Shown here piece by piece: positions 18,110 through 24,199 of a DNA stretch of 24,199 nucleotides. The stretch lies in the IMG/VR virus record IMGVR_UViG_3300000288_000064, one strand, 5' to 3'. The DNA is from a virus. Its lineage: Duplodnaviria; Heunggongvirae; Uroviricota; Caudoviricetes. Within the stretch, counting starts at the first letter, position 1, and the number at the start of each line of letters is the position of its first letter. The notes under the pieces are model-generated. The model was not told the origin of the DNA. It saw only the letters and a program-made list of their open reading frames with translations, and searched no databases. Position numbers and translations under genes: made by a program.

Positions 18110-19100
18110 AACGCTTTTTGATGTTATATATCAGAATGTAAATATTACCGCTCATATGTCACCTGATGTTTTGTCAATGTCTTATACAGATAATGAAGAT
18201 GGTCAGGTCGATGATATTTCTATTATATTAAAAAATGATGATGGGAAATGGTCTGGAGACTGGACACCTAAAAAGGGTGATTTTATTGATTTGAGCTTTA
18301 AGCCTATAAATCAAATCGTCCTTGAGTGCGGGAAATTCCAGGTAGATGGCATAACTTGCTCTGGACCACCTTCTGTGGTTGAGGTAACTGCTGTTTCTGT
18401 TCCTGTTTCATCAGGCATTAGACGTGATTTAAAAAGTAATGCATGGGAAAAAACAACTCTTAAAGATATAGCAACTTCTATAGCTAAATTAGCTAACCTT
18501 GAACTGTTGTTTCTTATTGATGGTGATAGTAATCCATATTATGCGCGTGAAGATCAAATGGAGGAAAGCGATTTAAAATTTCTCCATCGACTTTGCCAGG
18601 ATGAAGGGTTGTCGTTAAAGGTCACTGATAGCCAATTAATAATATTTGCTCAAGAGATGTTTGAGCAAAAAGATCCTATCGCTACGCTTACGTTAGGTAT
18701 TGATGAGATAATCAGATATAGCTTTAGCACACAATCTACAGATTTGTATAAAAGTTGCACGTGCAAATATCGCGTACCTAAAAAAAGAAAGTCGCTTTCG
18801 TATACTTGGGTAGATCCATCCGTAGAAGAAGGGTCGAATCTTAAGATAAGAAAACTGGTAGCTAATTTAGATGAAGCAAAACGTAAGGCAAAGGCTGCTT
18901 TGCGGCTTAAAAATAGATATCAAAATACCGGATCTTTAGTATTGGTTGGAGACACCAGATTGGTAGCTGGTGTAACTATAAATCTGGAGGGATTCGGTTC
19001 ATTTTCTGGAAAATATCTTATATCGAAAGCTGTGCATTCAATTGGGACTAGTGGTTATACCACCTCGATTGATGTCCGAAGAGTAATTAATGGGTATTAA
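18099..19100 (+). CDS. tail protein D-like (late control D family, baseplate hub)
   Basis: 333 aa directly after the gpX-like gene, the canonical X-D pairing; GTG start 8 nt after GGAG. Confidence 0.8.
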   Translation: MLRKTLFDVIYQNVNITAHMSPDVLSMSYTDNEDGQVDDISIILKNDDGKWSGDWTPKKGDFIDLSFKPINQIVLECGKFQVDGITCSGPPSVVEVTAVSVPVSSGIRRDLKSNAWEKTTLKDIATSIAKLANLELLFLIDGDSNPYYAREDQMEESDLKFLHRLCQDEGLSLKVTDSQLIIFAQEMFEQKDPIATLTLGIDEIIRYSFSTQSTDLYKSCTCKYRVPKKRKSLSYTWVDPSVEEGSNLKIRKLVANLDEAKRKAKAALRLKNRYQNTGSLVLVGDTRLVAGVTINLEGFGSFSGKYLISKAVHSIGTSGYTTSIDVRRVINGY

Positions 19101-19102
19101 TT

Positions 19103-19723
19103 ATGAATGATTTAGAAACATTATTACGTCAGACTATAAGAGTTGGCGTTGTTTCTGATATTGATGATGGTGATGTTACAGCAAGAGTTACTTTCGATGA
19201 TCAGGATAACGTCACTTCGGCAAAGTTATCAGTTATTGTGAAAAATACAGATAAGAATGCTGATTACTGGATGCCAGATATTGGTGAGCAAGTTTTGTGT
19301 ATCTTTCATCCCGCGGGGCCGCAACAAGGTTTTATTCTTGGTAGTTTTTATGATGAAACACAGAAGCCGCCATCTAATACTGTTAATAAACGCGTCATTA
19401 GATTTAATAACGGAACTCGTATTGAGATAGACAGAGAATCTAATTTACTCCTTGTTGATGCTGTCGGAGATGTAACCATTAAGGCTACAGGAACCGTAAC
19501 TATTGATGCTCCAGAAACCATCATTACCGGAAATGCTACAGTTGAAGGATTACTAACCTTCAAAGGTGGAATGAAAGGATCTTCTGCTGGAGGTGTTGCA
19601 GCTACAATTTCTGGGAATGTTAAGGTTGTTGGTGGTGATATAGATGTTGATGGGATTAAATCTAAAGGCCACCATCACACAGCTCAGGGGGAATACGCTC
19701 CGACAACGGAGGCTCAGGCATGA
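19103..19723 (+). CDS. baseplate assembly protein V (central spike)
   Basis: 206 aa; N-terminal OB-fold-like region and a Gly-rich beta-helix-like C-terminus (VTIKATGTVTIDAPETIITGNATVEG), typical of gpV spikes. Confidence 0.8.
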   Translation: MNDLETLLRQTIRVGVVSDIDDGDVTARVTFDDQDNVTSAKLSVIVKNTDKNADYWMPDIGEQVLCIFHPAGPQQGFILGSFYDETQKPPSNTVNKRVIRFNNGTRIEIDRESNLLLVDAVGDVTIKATGTVTIDAPETIITGNATVEGLLTFKGGMKGSSAGGVAATISGNVKVVGGDIDVDGIKSKGHHHTAQGEYAPTTEAQA

Positions 19724-20187
19724 TTGTGGGTATGCTTGGTACAATGCCTTTTGTTGCCTCATCAATAGTGGTGAATACGTTCAACAATTTTAAAAGGACG
19801 TCAAAGCGTCGTGTAGCGCGCCATGATGTTATTGGGCTTAAACCTGTTCTGGAGGATATAGGTCCAGATCTGGATGAAGTTAGTTTTAATATGCGGTTGG
19901 ATACAACACTTGGCATTGTTCCATTGGCTGCGCTTTCATTACTTAGGACAATGCAATCAATTCAGGAAGTAAATCCTGTTGTAATTGGTATTCAGTATTT
20001 TGGTAATTTTATAATTACAGATATAGAGGAATCATGGACTTATTTCGGTCCAACTGGGAATCCACGAGTGATTATCGTCGGCATTAAATTACAGGAAGTC
20101 GGACAGACCTCTCTGAAAGAAGCATTAGTTGATATTGCTGGCAATATAGAGTCAAAAACTAGAAGTGCGTTAGGTAAATTATTATGA
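19720..20187 (+). CDS. phage tail protein, tentatively gpU-like
   Basis: 155 aa, ATGA-coupled to gpV; N-terminus MIVGMLGTMPF resembles the gpU-family start. Family assignment is tentative. Confidence 0.5.
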   Translation: MIVGMLGTMPFVASSIVVNTFNNFKRTSKRRVARHDVIGLKPVLEDIGPDLDEVSFNMRLDTTLGIVPLAALSLLRTMQSIQEVNPVVIGIQYFGNFIITDIEESWTYFGPTGNPRVIIVGIKLQEVGQTSLKEALVDIAGNIESKTRSALGKLL

Positions 20188-20504
20188 ATAATACGTTTAC
20201 CATATCATCACCTTCTTACTCGATTGATTGGTCGCCCAAAACAGTTGTAGAAGAAGTTTTGCAAAATGTCTCTACTATTATTAATACTCAAATTGGCACT
20301 GTACCATATGCCAGAAAATTAGGAATTAATTCAAGTCTTGTTGATAGCCCTAGTCCAATTTTTATTGCTACAGCAACACGAGAAATAATTCAAAAAATTA
20401 GTGAGTTTGAGCCTAGAGCGATTATCCATTCTGTTACTTTTGAAAGAACGGACGTTTCTGATGGTTTTATTAGGCCAAAACTTGTGATAGGAGTTAGAGA
20501 ATGA
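20184..20504 (+). CDS. baseplate wedge protein (gpW/gp25-like)
   Basis: 106 aa immediately upstream of the baseplate J gene; size and pattern fit the GPW/gp25 family. Confidence 0.7.
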   Translation: MNNTFTISSPSYSIDWSPKTVVEEVLQNVSTIINTQIGTVPYARKLGINSSLVDSPSPIFIATATREIIQKISEFEPRAIIHSVTFERTDVSDGFIRPKLVIGVRE

Positions 20505-21625
20505 CGTTGCCGCGTGGTGGTTTGCCAGATATTACTTTCGCAGATTCTAACCCGACTGATATAACAACTCGTTCAATCAGGGCTTTTGAGAGTATAACAG
20601 GTGAAACATTAGCACCTGCTGATCCACGTAGATTATTCATCTTATCATTGTGTGAGATTATTATACAGCAAAGAAAAGCTATCGATTTTTCTGCAAAACA
20701 AAACCTTCTTACATATGGTGAAGGTGAATATCTCGACCATATAGGCTATCTGACGGATACGCCTAGGCTGGAAGCTCAATCTGCCTTGACTACATTTGAG
20801 TTTAATCTGTCAACAAAATTATCGGGGATATATACAATACCTGCTGGCACTCAAGTTTCAACTGGAAATGGTGTTATTTTCCAAACAGATATTTTGTTGG
20901 AAATACCTGCTGGGAAAACAGTTGGTACAGTCTCAGGATATGCTGTTATACCTGGTTTATCTGGGAATGGCTTTTTACCAGGGCAAATAAATGAGTTGGT
21001 GACTCCGTTGCCGTATGTTTCCAGAGTAAGGAATGTAACAACATCTAATTCTGGTGCTGATACGGAGTCAGATGATAATTATGCTGAAAGAATAAAACTG
21101 TCGCCGGAAAAACTGTCTACAGCAGGGCCGGAGGATTCTTATAAATATTGGACAAGAACAGCCAATCAGAATATAAAAGATGTGAATGTATATACACCAT
21201 CGCCCGGAATTGTAGAAATCCGTTCTTTGTTAGAGAACGGAGATATACCTTCTGATGAACTATTAGAGCAGATAAATAGCGTTCTCTCTGCAACTAATAT
21301 TCGACCATTCACAGATAAAGTTCTTGTTAAGAAACCAGAGAGCATTGAATACGATATAATAATTAAATACTGGATTAACTCATCGGACAAAAACAGAACA
21401 ACTTTAATTCAAAGTGAGGTTGAGAAAGCTATTGATGAGTATAAACAATGGCAACGTTCGGTTATGGGAAGAGATATAAATCCAGATGAAATTATTCAAC
21501 GTTTAAAAAATGCTGGGGCTAAAAGATTAGAAATATCAAGTCCTGTTTTTAATGTGGTTGGAGAGACACAGGTCGCCAGAGAGAGAAATATAAATTGCCA
21601 GTATGCGGGGTTAGAGGATGGCTGA
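20501..21625 (+). CDS. baseplate J-like protein
   Basis: 374 aa between the gpW-like and gpI-like genes, the conserved W-J-I order; ATGA overlap upstream. Confidence 0.85.
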   Translation: MTLPRGGLPDITFADSNPTDITTRSIRAFESITGETLAPADPRRLFILSLCEIIIQQRKAIDFSAKQNLLTYGEGEYLDHIGYLTDTPRLEAQSALTTFEFNLSTKLSGIYTIPAGTQVSTGNGVIFQTDILLEIPAGKTVGTVSGYAVIPGLSGNGFLPGQINELVTPLPYVSRVRNVTTSNSGADTESDDNYAERIKLSPEKLSTAGPEDSYKYWTRTANQNIKDVNVYTPSPGIVEIRSLLENGDIPSDELLEQINSVLSATNIRPFTDKVLVKKPESIEYDIIIKYWINSSDKNRTTLIQSEVEKAIDEYKQWQRSVMGRDINPDEIIQRLKNAGAKRLEISSPVFNVVGETQVARERNINCQYAGLEDG

Positions 21626-22199
21626 TATCTTTAATGTTAGCTTGTTGGATGTTTTACCTCCTAACTTAGCTAGCGATCCCAACGTGATAGCTATGTCGAA
21701 AGCTATTGATGATGAACTACAAGCAATTAACAATTTAATATATAAGACAGAAATATATAGCGTTGTTGATAACCTGGACTCAGTTGTTCTCGATCATTTA
21801 GCTTGGCAATGGAATGCTGATACATGGAGGGATAGTTGGACTGTATCGTTAAAGCGTTCTGTTTTTAAATCAATAATACGAACAAAGCGAATAAAGGGTA
21901 CAAGGGCAGCGGTTGAAGATGTAGTAAATAGCTTGGGTGGAGAGGTAAACATAACAGAATGGTTTGAAACATCACCACCTGGCGAACCATATACAGCCTC
22001 AATTGTTGCTTCGATTAACTCTTTTGATGGTGCTGTTCCTTCGAAAGAGATGTTGGAGGATACGTTAAGAAGTATCAAGAGTGCAAAGTCGGCAAGAACA
22101 CTATTTACATTTTCGCAAGCAACCAATGTTTCAGGTGGTGTTGGTATTGTCGGTGCTTTCCAGCCTGTGTCTTATGTACGATTAATTGGTGAGTGCTAA
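21618..22199 (+). CDS. tail protein I (P2 gpI-like)
   Basis: 193 aa; LAWQWNADTWRDSW...GTRAAVEDVVNSLGGEVNITEWFETSPPGEPYT aligns with P2 gpI (LAWAFSVDRWDEKW...GTIGAIRRVVEPLGYLINVTEWWENSDPPGTF). Confidence 0.85.
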   Translation: MADIFNVSLLDVLPPNLASDPNVIAMSKAIDDELQAINNLIYKTEIYSVVDNLDSVVLDHLAWQWNADTWRDSWTVSLKRSVFKSIIRTKRIKGTRAAVEDVVNSLGGEVNITEWFETSPPGEPYTASIVASINSFDGAVPSKEMLEDTLRSIKSAKSARTLFTFSQATNVSGGVGIVGAFQPVSYVRLIGEC

Positions 22200-22229
22200 T
22201 TTGCGATTTGTTAATCCAAGGAATTAAGC

Positions 22230-24199
22230 GTGAGTAAATTATTATTTACGATGACTGACGCCGGGCGTAAGGCGCTGGTTAATGCCAACAAGACTGGAAC
22301 AAATAAAGTTGAGATCGTTTCTGTTGGTTTAGGTAGTAGATATTATGCCACATCAACCACACAAACAAAAATAACAGATGAAATAAAGCGACTTACCACA
22401 ATAGGAGGCAAAGTCGTTTCTCCTGATACCATTCATGTAACTGCGAAGGATGATAGTAAAGATGAGTATGTTGTCCATACAATAGGTTTGTATACAAATA
22501 AAGGAACATTGTTTGCTGTATACTCGCAAGAACAAGTAATAATAAATAAAGCATCTTCTACAATTGCTTTAATATCAAGTGATATAGCAATTAAAAATCT
22601 TGATACTAAAAACATTACATTTGGTGATGTTGAGTTTATTAACCCTCCCGCAACCGAAACTGTTGTTGGAGTAGCAAGATTTGCTAATGAACAAGAAATT
22701 GATGCAGGTACAGATGATTCCCTGGCTGTTTCAGCAAAGCGGCTTAAGCAAGCTATTGTAAAACATGAGCAATCACGTAATCATCCTGATGCAACTTTAA
22801 CATCAAAAGGCATTGTTCAACTCAGTAATGCCACCAATAGCACGTCTGAAAAGCTCGCAGCGACGCCTAAGGCTGTTAAGGCTGCATATGACCTGGCTAA
22901 CGCTAAATACACCGCACAGGACGCTACCACGGCGCGAAAAGGGATTGTTCAGCTCAGTAGTGCCACTAACAGTACGTCTGAAACGCAGGCGGCAACGCCA
23001 AAAGCGGTCAAGGCAGCAAATGACAACGCAAATTCACGTCTGGCGAAAAATCAGAACGGTGCAGATATCCAGGATAAATCAGCTTTTCTGGACAATGTTG
23101 GCGTTACCAGCCTGACGTTTATGAAAAACAATGGCGAAATGCCGCTTGATGCTGATCTGAATACGTTTGGTCCTGTTAAGGCTTATTCAGGTATCTGGTC
23201 TAAAGCAACATCCACCAACGCAACACTGGAGAAAAATTTCCCGGAAGATAATGCTGTCGGTGTGCTTGAGGTTTTTGCTGCCGGCAATTTTGCAGGTACG
23301 CAACGCTTTACCACGAGAGACGGCAATGTATACATGCGTAAACTCGCCAATAAGTGGAATGGCACTGATGGTCCGTGGGGCGTATGGCGTCACACTCAAT
23401 CTGCTACCCGCCCTTTGAGTACGACTATAGACCTGAATACGCTTGGAGCCGCCGAGCATCTTGGTTTATGGCGTAACAGTAGCTCAGCTATAGCTTCATA
23501 TGAACGCAATTATCCAGAGGAAGGCGGCTTTGCTCAGGGGATGCTTGAGATCCTCGAAGGCGGAAATTATGGAAGAACGCAACGTTATACCACTCGCCGT
23601 GGAAATATGTATGTCCGCTGTCTTGCGGCAAGCTGGGATGCATCAAATCCGCAGTGGGAACCGTGGTTAAGAGTCGGTCATCAGTCAGAGAGTCGTTATT
23701 ACGACGGTGATTTGAATGATGTAACCTCACCAGGTATTTACAGCGTTACAGGTAAAGCGACCAACGGTCCAATACTGGACGGAAACGGCGTGACAGTCCT
23801 CGGTATTCTGGAGGTGTTGAGGCGCTTTGATGGTGTTAATGTATGGCAGCGTTATACAACTGCCGGAACAGGTACAACCCTTAAAGGCCGCACCTTTGAG
23901 CGCGTCTTTACCGGCAGCTCATGGAGCGAATGGCGGGAAGTCTACACCTCGTATTCACTTCCCCTGAATCTGGGTATCGGCGGTGCTGTGGCAAAGCTCA
24001 CCAGCCTGGACTGGCAGACCTACGATTTTGTGCCGGGCAGTCTGATAACCGTTCGGCTTGATAACATGACCAATATTCCCGACGGTATGGACTGGGGCGT
24101 CATTGATGGCAACCTGATAAACATCTCAGTCGGTCCGAGTGATGATTGGGGTTTGAGGGCCAATGGAACGAAAACGTACGTTTATGGTATAACTTATTG
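22230..24199 (+). CDS. tail fibre protein (P2 gpH-like N-terminus), 3'-truncated by the window edge
   Basis: Frame 0 is open from GTG 22230 (AAGGA 7 nt upstream) to the window end, so it is absent from the ORF track. My translation starts MSKLLFTMTDAGRKALVNANKTG and contains HEQSRNHPDATLTSKGIVQLSNATNSTSEKLAATPKAVKAAYDLANAKYTAQDATTARKG, very close to the P2 H signature. Confidence 0.85.
   Translation, partial: MSKLLFTMTDAGRKALVNANKTGTNKVEIVSVGLGSRYYATSTTQTKITDEIKRLTTIGGKVVSPDTIHVTAKDDSKDEYVVHTIGLYTNKGTLFAVYSQEQVIINKASSTIALISSDIAIKNLDTKNITFGDVEFINPPATETVVGVARFANEQEIDAGTDDSLAVSAKRLKQAIVKHEQSRNHPDATLTSKGIVQLSNATNSTSEKLAATPKAVKAAYDLANAKYTAQDATTARKGIVQLSSATNSTSETQAATPKAVKAANDNANSRLAKNQNGADIQDKSAFLDNVGVTSLTFMKNNGEMPLDADLNTFGPVKAYSGIWSKATSTNATLEKNFPEDNAVGVLEVFAAGNFAGTQRFTTRDGNVYMRKLANKWNGTDGPWGVWRHTQSATRPLSTTIDLNTLGAAEHLGLWRNSSSAIASYERNYPEEGGFAQGMLEILEGGNYGRTQRYTTRRGNMYVRCLAASWDASNPQWEPWLRVGHQSESRYYDGDLNDVTSPGIYSVTGKATNGPILDGNGVTVLGILEVLRRFDGVNVWQRYTTAGTGTTLKGRTFERVFTGSSWSEWREVYTSYSLPLNLGIGGAVAKLTSLDWQTYDFVPGSLITVRLDNMTNIPDGMDWGVIDGNLINISVGPSDDWGLRANGTKTYVYGITY
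22806..23018 (+). repeat. direct repeat of 27 codons (KGIVQLS-N/S-ATNSTSE..AATPKAVKAA) in the tail fibre
   Basis: Two copies at 22806..22886 and 22938..23018, 132 bp apart. Confidence 0.7.
23150..23960 (+). repeat. three tandem repeats of about 90 codons in the distal tail fibre
   Basis: Units begin DLNTFG / DLNTLG / DLND and each contains L-E-V/I...G..QR-F/Y-TT..G..Y.R...W. Confidence 0.55.

Noticed and set aside
22813-23418. + strand ORFs 22813..23115 and 23167..23418 listed in the ORF track
   Set aside because: They are frame +1 readings inside the tail fibre gene, whose frame 0 is open from 22230 to the window end and carries the P2-H-like signature.
109-23730. All minus-strand ORFs in the six-frame track (for example 109..441, 5883..6479, 11311..11670, 21794..22126, 23187..23459)
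   Set aside because: Each lies inside or antisense to a + strand gene with a clear family signature or translational coupling, and their translations are low-complexity or hydrophobic. None has a convincing start context.

Overview
The window is a contiguous late (packaging and morphogenesis) region of a tailed phage or prophage, with every credible gene on the + strand and most genes joined by overlapping stop/start codons (ATGA, TAATG), i.e. one long operon. Order: a small unassigned ORF and hairpin (1..520); an accessory cassette of three coupled genes (521..3253: ParB-like protein, ParB-N domain fused to a class I SAM-methyltransferase-like domain, and a 239-aa orphan protein); an AT-rich 365-bp spacer (3445..3809); a second, paralogous ParB-like gene (3810..4400); then a lambda-like cos-type head module (Nu1-like small terminase, GpA-family large terminase, gpW-like, lambda-B-type portal, ClpP-like protease/scaffold, decoration protein, lambda-E-type major capsid, FII-like connector); then a P2/Mu-like contractile tail module (sheath, tube, E/E-prime chaperone pair with a TTTTTTG -1 frameshift site, 930-aa tape measure, LysM-like gpX, gpD-like hub, gpV spike, gpU-like, gpW/gp25-like, baseplate J, gpI, and a P2-H-like tail fibre that runs off the end of the window). 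Composition is strongly mosaic: about 57% GC in the cassette, about 50% in the large terminase, 27-38% in tail and baseplate genes, and about 50% again in the distal tail fibre. The structural genes are conventional. The best candidate for something undescribed is the cassette at 521..3253 together with the ParB-like duplication, and this is a hypothesis from domain architecture only. All family assignments rest on reading the translated ORFs against remembered family signatures; no database search was run.
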